A DNA stretch of 64,000 bases from Motiliproteus sp. GTDB taxonomy: Bacteria; Pseudomonadota; Gammaproteobacteria; Pseudomonadales; Balneatricaceae. Shown here one piece after another: positions 1 to 9,706 of the stretch (position 1 is its first letter; the number at the start of each line of letters is the position of its first letter). The DNA lies in the NCBI GenBank assembly GCA_048265065.1, contig JBLXCH010000004.1, forward strand, positions 12,886 through 76,885. Direction: 5' to 3'. A program made the position numbers and the translations under genes. The notes beneath the pieces were generated by a model. It saw only the letters and a program-made list of their open reading frames with translations, was not told where the DNA came from and ran no database searches.

Positions 1-2
1 TT

Positions 3-548
3 GATCGCCCATTTGCGGTAGGAGATTGGGTGCGTTCTCCCGATCAGGAAATCGAAGGTGTTGTTGAGTACATTGGCTGGCGTCAAACGCGGATTCGTAC
101 ATTTGATAAGCGACCGTTGTATGTGCCTAATGCCACCTTCACGAGCATCTCAGTTGAAAACCCTTCTCGTATGACGAACCGCCGTATCTATGAAACGGTC
201 AGTCTTAGGTATAGCGATGCTAAGGTCATGCAGCCTGTGGTTAATGCCGTGCGAGAGATGCTAAGAAAGCATCCTGATATCGACCATAATCAAACGTTGA
301 TCGTTCACTTTAATGCATTTAATAGCTCGTCTTTAGATTTCTTTGTTTACACTTTTACCAAAACGACAGATTGGGTGACGTTCCACAAAATCAAAGAAGA
401 CGTATTATTAAAGATTGTTGATATTGTGGAAAATCATGGAGCTGATTTCGCCTTCCCAACCAGTACTGTTCATTTGCCAGACTTTGAAGAGATGAAAGGT
501 TTAAATCTGTCTGCTGAAGATTCAAAAGCGATTAAAATTGAACCCTAG
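3..548 (+). CDS. MscS-family small-conductance mechanosensitive channel, C-terminal part (5' end outside window)
   Basis: Frame open from base 3 ([14 protein letters not shown]...[12 protein letters not shown]...YVPN...FAFPT), typical MscS beta and alpha-beta domains. Confidence 0.9.
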   Translation, partial: DRPFAVGDWVRSPDQEIEGVVEYIGWRQTRIRTFDKRPLYVPNATFTSISVENPSRMTNRRIYETVSLRYSDAKVMQPVVNAVREMLRKHPDIDHNQTLIVHFNAFNSSSLDFFVYTFTKTTDWVTFHKIKEDVLLKIVDIVENHGADFAFPTSTVHLPDFEEMKGLNLSAEDSKAIKIEP

Positions 549-560
549 TTTGTGGTTGTA

Positions 561-593
561 TAATCCTAGGTCAGCTAATTAGCCCTAGGATTA
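561..593. terminator. Inverted repeat after mscS (possible terminator or stabilising hairpin)
   Basis: TAATCCTAGG...CCTAGGATTA arms enclosing GCTAATTAGC; no U-tract. Confidence 0.45.
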
Positions 594-960
594 ATGGCTA
601 AGACTTATTGCAAAGGCTTTAATTGTTATGGCGTACAACTGTAGGGTTTTAGGTGATCGCTCCTGAATAACCTGAAATCTATAAACTGGAATACAGTTTA
701 GTCTTTCAGTGGGTTTGAATGACACTCTCTTCTCTAGCCTGCTCATCAACGCCAGTATCTTTTCCTGCCTGCCTTTAATTGATAAGAGCTTACTGATCTT
801 ATTGATTTTTCCTCGTGTCGTTTGTGTCATTAAATTACTGGTGTTTTCTGTTTACTCTTAGTGTTGCGTTGGCCACGTATTGTCGGCTAGGGCGGTGAGT
901 TAAAAGAGCTTTCTTGATAGCTGCTAGTCTGGTGACATTTCGTTGTGTTATTTCCGCTTT

Positions 961-1020
961 CTATCGGCATAAAAACGTTGGGTATAAAACTATCGCCATA
1001 AAAACTATAGGCATAAAAAA
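961..1020. repeat. Degenerate 14-15 bp tandem repeat, about 4 copies
   Basis: ctatcggcataaaaa / cgttgggtataaaa / ctatcgccataaaaa / ctataggcataaaaaa. Confidence 0.7.
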
Positions 1021-1043
1021 ACCCGGCTAAAAGCCGGGTTTTT
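1015..1043 (-). terminator. Intrinsic terminator of pntAB (bidirectional shape)
   Basis: A-run, ACCCGGCT-AAA-AGCCGGGT, T-run. Confidence 0.9.
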
Positions 1044-1064
1044 AGAGCGATAAACTACTTAGGA

Positions 1065-2537
1065 TTAGCTAAGGTGCTTAAGTACGGTATCCATACTTTC
1101 TTTAGCATCACCAAACAACATGCGAGTGTTGTCTTTGTAGAATAGCGGGTTATCAACACCGGCGTAACCTGTGCTCATACCACGCTTAAGAACGACAGTC
1201 GTACCGCCATTCCAAGGTTCAAGAACCGGCATGCCAGCAATTGGGCTGCTTGGGTCTGTTTGAGCTGCTGGGTTAACGATATCGTTAGCACCAATAACAA
1301 CAGAAACGTCTACGTCTGGGAAATCTTCGTTGATTTCGTCCATTTCGAAAACGATGTCGTAAGGTACTTTTGCTTCAGCGAGCAGTACGTTCATGTGGCC
1401 AGGCATACGACCCGCAACAGGGTGGATACCGAAGCGTACATTAACGCCTTTTGCTTTAAGCTTTTTAGTGATTTCAAAAACCGTGTGTTGTGCTTGAGCA
1501 ACAGCCATACCATAACCTGGGATGATCATTACTTCTTTAGCATCAGCTAGCATGCCAGCAACTTCTTCTGCATCGATAGCAACCACTTCACCTTGAGGTT
1601 CTGCGCCGCCACCTGCTGCTGGAGCTGGCGCTGAATCGCCGCCGAAGCCGCCCATGATAACGCTCACGAATGAACGGTTCATTGCTTTACACATGATGTA
1701 AGAAAGGATCGCACCGGAGCTACCTACAAGCGCACCAACAACGATAAGTAGATCGTTGCCTAGCATGAAGCCCATTGCTGCTGCTGCCCAACCAGAGTAT
1801 GAGTTAAGCATTGATACAACAACTGGCATGTCTGCACCACCAATTGCACAAACCATGTGTACACCGAAAGCTAATGCGATCAAGGTCATCATGATAAGTG
1901 GGAACGTTCCGTCACCTGCCGCAGATTGCTCAACGTACATGCCACCGAAGTAGATCGCAGCAATCAACAAGCCAAGGTTTAAGAAGTGACGACCAGGAAG
2001 TTGCATTGGGCTACCGCTGATCTTCGCGCTGAGTTTCAAGTAAGCGCAAACAGAACCAGAGAACGTCATCGCACCGATCAAGATACCAATGTAGGTTTCT
2101 ACATCGTGGATCGTTTTCGCAACACCAACTAGTGGGTGGCTTGTGTCCATAGCGTTAGCATAACCAACGAAGACCGCAGCAGCACCAACTAAGCTGTGAA
2201 GGATGGCAACTAGCTCTGGCATTTCTGTCATCGCTACACGTTTTGCAAGGATCCAGCCGATCACGCCGCCTGCAACAATACCTAAGATCATAATGAACTG
2301 GTTATTGTCGACAAAGCCGATGATGGTGAATACCAACGCGATGCCCATACCGAGCATGCCGTAAAAGTTACCGCGTCGTGCTGTTTCCTGATGACCTAAG
2401 CCCGAAAGCGCTAGGATGAACAGTGCACTGGCTGCGATGTAAGCAACGGTATAAATTGGATCGATACCGTGTGCTCCAGCAGCGTTTGCTACTGCGGCAG
2501 TGGCTTCATTAGCCATAGTAGTAATTTCGTTAGACAT
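1065..2537 (-). CDS. pntB: NAD(P) transhydrogenase subunit beta
   Basis: [56 protein letters not shown]. Confidence 0.98.
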   Translation of the reverse strand: MSNEITTMANEATAAVANAAGAHGIDPIYTVAYIAASALFILALSGLGHQETARRGNFYGMLGMGIALVFTIIGFVDNNQFIMILGIVAGGVIGWILAKRVAMTEMPELVAILHSLVGAAAVFVGYANAMDTSHPLVGVAKTIHDVETYIGILIGAMTFSGSVCAYLKLSAKISGSPMQLPGRHFLNLGLLIAAIYFGGMYVEQSAAGDGTFPLIMMTLIALAFGVHMVCAIGGADMPVVVSMLNSYSGWAAAAMGFMLGNDLLIVVGALVGSSGAILSYIMCKAMNRSFVSVIMGGFGGDSAPAPAAGGGAEPQGEVVAIDAEEVAGMLADAKEVMIIPGYGMAVAQAQHTVFEITKKLKAKGVNVRFGIHPVAGRMPGHMNVLLAEAKVPYDIVFEMDEINEDFPDVDVSVVIGANDIVNPAAQTDPSSPIAGMPVLEPWNGGTTVVLKRGMSTGYAGVDNPLFYKDNTRMLFGDAKESMDTVLKHLS

Positions 2538-2549
2538 TTATATCAGCCC

Positions 2550-4091
2550 CTATTTTCTAAACATCATCAGCATGCGCTGGGTTACAGCAAAACCACCGAC
2601 AATGTTGATGCTGGTGATAAAGATGGCTAATGCAGCAAGGAGCATGACGCCAGTACTTTCGTTGGATACCTGTGTAAGTGCACCGATCACGATGATACTA
2701 CTGATCGCGTTAGTAACACTCATTAATGGTGTGTGTAGAGAGTGAGATACACCCCAGATCACCATGTAACCAATAAAGCATGAAAGTACGAATACGGTCA
2801 GGTGACCCATAAACTCTGGTGGAGCTACAGATCCAAGACCGAATAGAACGATACCGCTCAAAACGAGAGGGATCATCCATGCGTATGGGTTTGGCTTTTT
2901 CTCTTCTACAGGAGCAGCAGGTTCAACCTTCGCAGGTTCAACTTTTGGCGCTGCAGAAAGTTTTGGTGGAGGTGGTGGCCAAGAGATTTCGCCCTCTTTG
3001 GTCACTGTCGCGCCACGTACTACTTCATCTTCAAAGTTGTTAACCATTACGCCATCTTTATTTGGCGTCATGTCAGTTAACAAATGACGAAGGTTAGTCG
3101 AATAGAGTTGGCTTGCTTGTGCCGCTAAACGGCTTGGCAAGTCAGTGTAACCAATAAGCGTTACGCCATGCTTTTGCACAACTTCATTCTTAACGGTCAA
3201 TTTACAGTTACCGCCAGCTTCAGCTGCTAGGTCAACAATGACGCTACCAGGCTTCATGACTTTAACCATTTCTTCAGTGATTAGCTCTGGCGCTTCGCGA
3301 CCAGGAATCAATGCAGTCGTAATGATGATGTCTACTTCTTCGGCTTGTTCTGCGAAAAGCGCCATTTCAGCTTTAATGAACTCATCGCTCATCACTTTCG
3401 CGTAACCGCCTTCGCCAGCACCGTCGTCATCGCCGTCAAATTCCAACATAAGGAATTCGCCGTCCATTGACTCAACTTGCTCTTTAACTTCAGGGCGAGT
3501 ATCGAAGGCGCGAACGATTGCACCCATAGAACGTGCAGCACCGATAGCAGCTAGACCTGCTACACCAGCACCAATGACCAACACTTTAGCAGGTGGAACT
3601 TTACCCGCAGCAGTAATTTGACCGGTGAAGAAGCGACCAAAATGTTGTGAAGCTTCAACAACCGCGCGATAACCGGCGATGTTAGCCATGGAGCTAAGTG
3701 CATCCATTTTCTGAGCACGAGAAATACGTGGCACTGCGTCCATAGACATTGCAGTGATACCTTTTTCTTGCATCAGCTTAAGGCGAGCTTCGTTTTGAGC
3801 TGGAGACATAAAGCTGATCAACGTTTGACCGGCCTTCATCCACTCAATGTTTTCATCCGTTGCAGCACGGACCTTCATGATGATATCGCATGAAGTCCAT
3901 AACTCTTTCGGATCGCTAATAACATCAACACCGACTTCGGCATAAGACGCGTCGCTGAAGTTAGCTGCTTCACCAGCACCAGCTTCAATCGCAAGATCGT
4001 AGCCTAGCTTTTGAATCTGCTTGGCGACTTCAGGAGTTAACGCAACGCGCTTTTCTCCTTTGTCTATTTCCTTAGGAATACCAATACGCAT
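2550..4091 (-). CDS. pntA: NAD(P) transhydrogenase subunit alpha (unsplit)
   Basis: MRIGIPKE...[47 protein letters not shown]. Confidence 0.98.
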   Translation of the reverse strand: MRIGIPKEIDKGEKRVALTPEVAKQIQKLGYDLAIEAGAGEAANFSDASYAEVGVDVISDPKELWTSCDIIMKVRAATDENIEWMKAGQTLISFMSPAQNEARLKLMQEKGITAMSMDAVPRISRAQKMDALSSMANIAGYRAVVEASQHFGRFFTGQITAAGKVPPAKVLVIGAGVAGLAAIGAARSMGAIVRAFDTRPEVKEQVESMDGEFLMLEFDGDDDGAGEGGYAKVMSDEFIKAEMALFAEQAEEVDIIITTALIPGREAPELITEEMVKVMKPGSVIVDLAAEAGGNCKLTVKNEVVQKHGVTLIGYTDLPSRLAAQASQLYSTNLRHLLTDMTPNKDGVMVNNFEDEVVRGATVTKEGEISWPPPPPKLSAAPKVEPAKVEPAAPVEEKKPNPYAWMIPLVLSGIVLFGLGSVAPPEFMGHLTVFVLSCFIGYMVIWGVSHSLHTPLMSVTNAISSIIVIGALTQVSNESTGVMLLAALAIFITSINIVGGFAVTQRMLMMFRK

Positions 4092-4241
4092 AACTAAAGT
4101 TCTCTTTGTGGATAGGTTGGACGTAAGACGGCAGCAACTAATCAGACAGCAAATGAGCTGCCCAGAAAGTTGTTGGAAGCCATACGGTTTCCCATCACTG
4201 GTTCTAACTTAATGAATTTAAATGGAAATCTTAAAAATCTG

Positions 4242-4258
4242 TTAGACAGTTGGTCTAA
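4242..4258. promoter_or_regulatory. Dyad upstream of pntA, candidate operator
   Basis: TTAGAC-AGTTG-GTCTAA perfect 6-bp arms about 150 bp upstream of the start. Confidence 0.4.
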
Positions 4259-4783
4259 AACGGCCCAATAAACTACCAATGAGATTGATAAAAGTCAATG
4301 TAATCAACCTAAAAGAGCAGGGGATCAAGCGCTGAGTTTGTTCGTTAAAAGCAATTCGAGACGGTAAAAAATCCCCTTTTCTGTGTAGCATTGAGGTCCA
4401 AAATAGTGGCGCCTGCACACATTATATATGGACTGATTAGCGTGAAAGTTAATATTGTTAGTGTTTGGGCAAGCAACCGTCGCCATAATATTTCAGTGAT
4501 AAATCTATTGAGTCGCTTGGCGCTCAAATTAAGTAGGGAGGTTTGTTAGGTAACCTTTGTAAGTAGGCTTACGCATCAATGATTTTATTTCCTGGCAAGC
4601 TTTCCGTGTTAATTAAGCATGGGTCTGCCAGCGTTTCTCATTAATCACCTTAGGCTCCAAGTCAAAAAGAATATATTATCTGCAGCCAGGTGGCTGAATT
4701 GGCTGTAGGAATAGTAAGGGCTAGCGGTAGTTTGGCGCGTAAAGCCTCAAGACACTTATTATAAACCACTCGAGAATGTACTC

Positions 4784-5572
4784 TTGTTTAAACATATTCC
4801 GCAGGATCAGCCATTACCAACACCCGCGTTGGCTCAAGAAATTTATCGCTGCTACGATGAATTCGGCGTGATTAGGGTATTGGAGGATAACTGTTTTCGT
4901 TATCTCGCTTTCGGCGACGGAGGAGAGCAAAGCTGTATCCGAATTGATACACCTACAGGCTTAGTGCACAACTACATAAAAGTCATGCTTATGGGGATGT
5001 GCTTTTTGCCGCAGGCTGCTCATTGTACGGTTATTGGTGTCGGTGCCGGATCTCTGGTTACTGGGCTTCAACAGTTTAATAATGCTTTGCTCATACAAGC
5101 GGTGGAACTACGAGCTGAAGTTCTCTGTGTTGCCAAGAAGTGGTTCAAGTTTAATCCGTCCGAGCAAGTTTCCGTTGTTATCTGTGATGCATTTGGCTAT
5201 CTATGCTCATCGCCTGCGATGACCGATGTGCTTTTTATTGATATTTATAATGATGATGGAATAGATGATGGCGTCAGTGATTATGAGTTTGTTGCTGATT
5301 GTTATGACGCGCTTAATGAAGGCGGGTTATTAGTCATGAATTTATGGAAAGAGTCAGGAGGTATTCACCGGCGTGTGCTCAAAAATATCCGACGTTATTT
5401 CTCACAAAATGTGAAAACTGTCACATTGGATGATGGCAATATTATCGTCTTTGCTAAAAAGTCGGGCGCAAAAATGCATTGCTTAAAAGGTGTGGAGAAG
5501 CTTGAACGTCTCAGTTTAATATCAACATTTAGTCCAGCGGATTTTGAATCCGCATTACAGGATTACCGGTAG
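4784..5572 (+). CDS. Spermidine synthase-like SAM-dependent methyltransferase-fold protein
   Basis: VIGVGAGSL motif I, AVELRAEV, DAFGYL, DVLFIDIY, GGLLVMNLW; TTG start. Confidence 0.75.
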   Translation: MFKHIPQDQPLPTPALAQEIYRCYDEFGVIRVLEDNCFRYLAFGDGGEQSCIRIDTPTGLVHNYIKVMLMGMCFLPQAAHCTVIGVGAGSLVTGLQQFNNALLIQAVELRAEVLCVAKKWFKFNPSEQVSVVICDAFGYLCSSPAMTDVLFIDIYNDDGIDDGVSDYEFVADCYDALNEGGLLVMNLWKESGGIHRRVLKNIRRYFSQNVKTVTLDDGNIIVFAKKSGAKMHCLKGVEKLERLSLISTFSPADFESALQDYR

Positions 5573-5668
5573 TTTGCAGGTTATCGTTTTCTTTTTTCTT
5601 TTTATAAGCAGCGGTAAGAAAAATGCCGGCGAAATGCCGGCAAATAAAGCGACGACCTACAATAAATG

Positions 5669-6085
5669 TTAACCAGTAGCACTCATTGAATCGGATGTGC
5701 GGCGTTTAAAACCAAGTACATGACGAGAGCGTAGGTGCCTGAGTAATTTGACTCTATAGACAGAACCGTCAAGGCTCATCGCTTGTTTGGATCTGACTAT
5801 TTCCCATTCTTCAAACTGACATTCATTTTTAAGGCGATGTTTGAAAGCATCAATGAAATTGGTGTGCTTTTCGATATCATCAGTGTTGACGACACCTTTC
5901 ATCAATAAGATTTCATCTGAAGCATTACAGTGGACTCTGGATTCAGCAAATTCAAACAGTGTGTCAGCGTAGCGGGGTTCAAAGCCGACGGGAATGTCGT
6001 ACATACTTTTACGGCAGGTGGCTAATGTCAGCTCATCTGCTGAGTTTTTAGTGACAAGTACGTAGGTGGTTACGTTCATGCTCAT
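5669..6085 (-). CDS. Hypothetical protein, 138 aa
   Basis: Only long ORF in the gap, RBS AAGGAG just upstream; family not recognised. Confidence 0.6.
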   Translation of the reverse strand: MSMNVTTYVLVTKNSADELTLATCRKSMYDIPVGFEPRYADTLFEFAESRVHCNASDEILLMKGVVNTDDIEKHTNFIDAFKHRLKNECQFEEWEIVRSKQAMSLDGSVYRVKLLRHLRSRHVLGFKRRTSDSMSATG

Positions 6086-6269
6086 ACTCCTTGTCTTATA
6101 CGGGTAACTGCATCCAGCAATTACAGATGTCTTCAGTATTGTATAAGTATGGGCGTAATGAGAGAAAATGGTAGGCGAGTTGGCTGAAAATTAATCAACG
6201 AACAATAGTAATCAATGTGTATAAATACAGTTGATAAATAACGGCGAGGAGCTACCCCGCCATGTAGTG

Positions 6270-6719
6270 TTAGCTAAGCACGTATTCGAAAATCTCAGCC
6301 ACTTGCTCTGGCGTTCGGCACACTGCATTGGCCGCCGCGTCAACTTCTTTAAGCGGGTGGTTTACGTCTTCATCATGAATAATGATCAGCGATTTATCTA
6401 ACGCCGCAGCAAAACCTGCGTCGAAAGCTGCATTCCACTGCTTGTATTGAGCACCAAAACGAACAACGACAACATCAGCGTCGAGGATGAGGTTTTTGGT
6501 ACGGATGCCATTTAAGTTAGCGCCCATACGGTCTTCCCAAAAACGGTTTGGTTCTTCCCCAAGGATGTTGACTGCACATTTGTCGCTGGCTTCGTGATCA
6601 GTGACTGGACTTGTGAAAATAATTGGCAATTCTTTTTCTTGGCAGCTGGCGATAATGCGCTCACGCCAGTCAGTGTGAATTTCACCTGATAGGTATACGA
6701 CCCATTCTTTGTGATGCAT
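6270..6719 (-). CDS. YtoQ family protein (nucleoside deoxyribosyltransferase-like fold)
   Basis: VYLSGEIHTDWRE, VVRFGAQYKQWNAAFDAG, HPLKEVDAAA. Confidence 0.9.
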   Translation of the reverse strand: MHHKEWVVYLSGEIHTDWRERIIASCQEKELPIIFTSPVTDHEASDKCAVNILGEEPNRFWEDRMGANLNGIRTKNLILDADVVVVRFGAQYKQWNAAFDAGFAAALDKSLIIIHDEDVNHPLKEVDAAANAVCRTPEQVAEIFEYVLS

Positions 6720-6893
6720 TTTGAAATCTCTCTATCTTTGTTTCTTAGTTACTAAATTCTGGATTACGAATTCATTCGGGCGGCATTGTAGCTGGAAATC
6801 AGATGTTTTTCAGGCGATTGTTCAAAAGTTAGTAAAAGGTCAGGGACTTGTCATGCCTAACCTTTGTGAAAAAATCTCAGAAAGCCCTTGTCA

Positions 6894-7358
6894 TTAAGGT
6901 TTGTTAAAAAACTTGCGGCCCAACAAATGATCGACTGAAAGTTTGCCGGGACCGAGTAACGCGACCATCAGTAACATGAACCCCCATAGCTGGTGGTCGT
7001 AAAATCCGCCATCCCAAATAGCTGGATAGGAAATTACGGCAATAATATTAAAGAGAAATAAAACGGCAGCGGCAGGTCGGCCAAGTAGACCTAACGCTAA
7101 TAATGGGGGCAATAGTAATTCTGTCGCTGTCCCCATGTATGCTGCAAGCTCAAAAGGTAATAGCGGGACGTTATATTCATATTCAAACAAAAATAAGGTG
7201 CTTTCCCAGTTGGCTATTTTTGCTTGTCCCGCTTTGAAAAAGGCCCAAGCGACAGTTAATCGAGCTAACAATAGAGCAAGAGGTAACAAAAAACGCTCTG
7301 CTTGGTGACTGAGGCATTGATATAGGTTGACGATTTTGCATGCGGCGTTCTTATTCAT
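6894..7358 (-). CDS. bufD: DoxX family membrane protein (BufD-like)
   Basis: LLARLTVAWAFFKAG, LFEYEY.VPLLP, GPGKLSVD; start moved to MNKNAA overlapping the DUF2063 stop. Confidence 0.85.
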   Translation of the reverse strand: MNKNAACKIVNLYQCLSHQAERFLLPLALLLARLTVAWAFFKAGQAKIANWESTLFLFEYEYNVPLLPFELAAYMGTATELLLPPLLALGLLGRPAAAVLFLFNIIAVISYPAIWDGGFYDHQLWGFMLLMVALLGPGKLSVDHLLGRKFFNKP

Positions 7359-8130
7359 AGGGTGACTCCTTCGCTTCATCGATAAAGCTGACAATAATGC
7401 GTTGTTGAATCCACAATTCTAAATAGACAGAAGCAGCTTCAGCGGTTGTTTCGGTCGTAGTTATTTGGGTAATGGTGCGCTGGTTTTCTAAAGCACCCAG
7501 TAATGCGGCTTGAGCTTCTGTGATTATTTCCATGGCAACGCTGTGATCAGGCTCTAGCCGGAAGAGCACAGTTTCTTGGGCCGTAAGGTCAATATTTTCA
7601 AAATCATTGTTGGTGACACCGCGCCAAATGGAGAGAGCTGCGCTGTTAAAGCGCTGCCACGCCATATTACGGTTAAGTGCGAAAACAATGTTCTCTTGCT
7701 CTATTGGGTTGAGTGTTTGTAAGTGCTCAAAAGGAAAAGGCTCAAAACGTTGAAACCGTCGATTACCTAAGCGATCTAGCTGCCACTCCAGAGCGGCTAC
7801 ATCTGTCAGGTAAGGCACTGTTGCAGCCGCTTCAAAGTTCGCAATAAAAAGGGGAAGATGTTGTCCGTAATGATCAAGCTGTGGGGATTTTGGCGGATTT
7901 GAGTCAATGTAGACGGAGGCAATGTGTGAGAAAAAATCATCGCCAACTAGTGCTAATGTAACGGGAAAAACAGCTTCTAAGTATTCTGTTAGGCTGACTC
8001 GGTAATTGTTTTTGTACACTTGGAGTAATTGCTCCATAGGCGCTGGCCCGATTAAGGCGTCATCAATAAAAGGGGTTGGACTTCCATTGATCGCCTCGGC
8101 GAATTGGCGCTGAAATTGGTCCGTATTCAT
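7351..8130 (-). CDS. bufC: DUF2063 partner / RRE-like protein (BufC/HvfC-like)
   Basis: Q..FAEAI, LQVYKNNYRVSLTEYLEAVFP.T.ALVG.DFF, YL.DVA.LEW; ATG at 8130 overlaps the DUF692 TGA (ATGA). Confidence 0.85.
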   Translation of the reverse strand: MNTDQFQRQFAEAINGSPTPFIDDALIGPAPMEQLLQVYKNNYRVSLTEYLEAVFPVTLALVGDDFFSHIASVYIDSNPPKSPQLDHYGQHLPLFIANFEAAATVPYLTDVAALEWQLDRLGNRRFQRFEPFPFEHLQTLNPIEQENIVFALNRNMAWQRFNSAALSIWRGVTNNDFENIDLTAQETVLFRLEPDHSVAMEIITEAQAALLGALENQRTITQITTTETTAEAASVYLELWIQQRIIVSFIDEAKESPYE

Positions 8131-8981
8131 GCCTGTACCTGCAATGGATCGCTGCTGCGGGATTGCCGTGTTTTGGCTTTGTCTGCCTCGTCCATCAGTA
8201 CACTTAAATCTGGAATATCGGTATCCCACTCAATCAGCGCAGGGGCTTCTGAGTATTGGCGAAAATGCTCAAATAACCTCCATACGGGGTCGCAGACACG
8301 TGAGCCATGGGTGTCGATGAGTATTTCACCGTTCTCTAATGGTTTGCGGGTAAAGCCGGCTAAATGGATTTCACTCACAGCGCGATGATTAATTTCTTGC
8401 AGGTAAGTTTCTGCGCTGTAACCGAGATTAACGCTGTTGACGTAAATATTGTTGAGGTCGAGCAATAGCTGGCAGCCAGTCCGTTCTTGCAGTGTATTGA
8501 GGAATGCCCATTCAGTGTAATCGGCCTCAGCGGCTAGCAGGTAGGTTGTTGGGTTCTCAATGAGAATAGGCTGCTGTAGCGTGTCCTGTACCTGAGATAC
8601 CTTGGCTGAAAATAAATCGAGCATTTCCTTGCTGTAAGGAATCGGTAGCAAGTCATTGAAGTATTGAGCGTTGTAGCTGCTCCAGCTGAGGTGCTCGGAA
8701 ACTAAACTCGGCTGATAATGGTTAATGAGGCTTTTAATACGCTGTAAATGATGACGGTTAATTGGATCGACTGATCCTAAAGAGAGACCAACCCCGTGAA
8801 ATGAAAGGGGGTAATATTGAGCAATTTCATCCAAACATTCACGAGAAAAACTATTTGGATCAAGGAAGTTTTCGCTATGGATTTCTAGCCAATCGATGTC
8901 AGGTCGTTGTTCGATAACTTGTCGATAATGCGGTGATCGAAGACCTATTCCGATTTGTTTGGCTTGAATACTCAGTTCCAT
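8127..8981 (-). CDS. bufB: DUF692 multinuclear non-heme iron oxidative enzyme (MNIO, BufB-like)
   Basis: IGIGLR, WLEIHSENF, FHGVGLSLGS, SEHLSW, IENP, LLLDLNNIYV, EIHLAG, IDTHG, IEWD. Confidence 0.95.
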   Translation of the reverse strand: MELSIQAKQIGIGLRSPHYRQVIEQRPDIDWLEIHSENFLDPNSFSRECLDEIAQYYPLSFHGVGLSLGSVDPINRHHLQRIKSLINHYQPSLVSEHLSWSSYNAQYFNDLLPIPYSKEMLDLFSAKVSQVQDTLQQPILIENPTTYLLAAEADYTEWAFLNTLQERTGCQLLLDLNNIYVNSVNLGYSAETYLQEINHRAVSEIHLAGFTRKPLENGEILIDTHGSRVCDPVWRLFEHFRQYSEAPALIEWDTDIPDLSVLMDEADKAKTRQSRSSDPLQVQA

Positions 8982-9062
8982 CGTCGCTTTCCTTTAAGGT
9001 TGGGTTGGCCGGTGCGGTTGCACCGAACCTACCCAGATGTAATACCAATGGTATAAACGTGC

Positions 9063-9320
9063 TTACATCTTTGCTGTTAAGCTACCGCCAGCAAGCTTTT
9101 CACACAGACCTTTAGGTAGTGCTACAAATGCATCACCTTGAGCGTCTTTCTTTGCAGTACCAGCACAAGAGCTGTTCTTCGTTGCGCAATCATTGTGGCC
9201 TGCTTTAGCAACGCCATAGCACTTCTCTTTTTCAGCAGCCATTGCTGGAGTAGCAACAGTTGCACCAAGAGCAATGATTCCAGAGATAGCAGCAGCGGCA
9301 GCGATGTGGTTCTTTTTCAT
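9063..9320 (-). CDS. bufA1: DUF2282 bufferin-type RiPP precursor with Sec signal peptide
   Basis: MKKNHIAAAAAISG...PAMA signal then EKCYGVAKAGHNDC..SSCAG...LPKGLCEKLAGG; 4 Cys; RBS AGGTGA favours ATG at 9320. Confidence 0.92.
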   Translation of the reverse strand: MKKNHIAAAAAISGIIALGATVATPAMAAEKEKCYGVAKAGHNDCATKNSSCAGTAKKDAQGDAFVALPKGLCEKLAGGSLTAKM

Positions 9321-9380
9321 TGTGTTCACCTATTACGTTGTGTGGGTTTGTTATGGCGCTTTGTTGCGCTCAGTAACTTA

Positions 9381-9407
9381 TACGTGGTGGTTTTCTAGGT
9401 AGATTCA
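9381..9407 (-). promoter_or_regulatory. Candidate ECF sigma promoter for the buf operon
   Basis: Minus strand TGAATC-N17-CGTA about 60 bp upstream of the bufA1 start; CGTA -10 is typical of several ECF groups. Confidence 0.5.
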
Positions 9408-9566
9408 GAAAACAGTGTTTTTTATTATTTATTGCTAAATAAGCCTAGCTTAATTCAAGCGAACTGCTTGCCTATTGGCGGCGAGTGAGTTCTAGGTGGA
9501 AGCATTAGGTAATGAGCGCAGCTGATATGCGTACATGAATAAGCTTGGTGGAAGCGGATAATAGAG

Positions 9567-9644
9567 GTGAGTAGTAAGAGTGAGTAGTAAGAGTGAGTAG
9601 TAAGAGCGAGTAGTAAGAGTGAGTAGTAAGGGTGAACAGTAGAA
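9567..9644. repeat. 13-bp tandem repeat GTGAGTAGTAAGA, 5 near-perfect copies plus 1 degenerate
   Basis: Units start at 9567, 9580, 9593, 9606, 9619, 9632. Confidence 0.95.
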
Positions 9645-9653
9645 ACAGGCAAT

Positions 9654-9680
9654 AAAAAGCCCAGCTTAACTGGGCTTTTT
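9654..9680 (-). terminator. Intrinsic terminator of the sigma/anti-sigma operon
   Basis: AAAAAGCCCAG-CTTAA-CTGGGCTTTTT. Confidence 0.9.
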
Positions 9681-9706
9681 GGAAAGCTTGCTAAATAGGT
9701 AGACGG

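Noticed and set aside
591-830. 79-aa minus-strand ORF between mscS and pntB
   Set aside because: No RBS, no recognisable motif, lies beyond the pntAB terminator; unsupported though not excluded
1260-4212. Plus-strand ORFs overlapping pntAB, and similar shadow ORFs over cobO, uca, hipA, mdlAB and proS
   Set aside because: Antisense or alternate-frame shadows of well-supported genes, without motifs
9567-9644. Tandem repeats as a CRISPR array
   Set aside because: 13-bp contiguous units with no spacers and no cas genes
9455-9652. 65-aa ORF with repeated YYSLLLL
   Set aside because: Translation of the 13-bp VNTR; no RBS; sits between a terminator and a promoter
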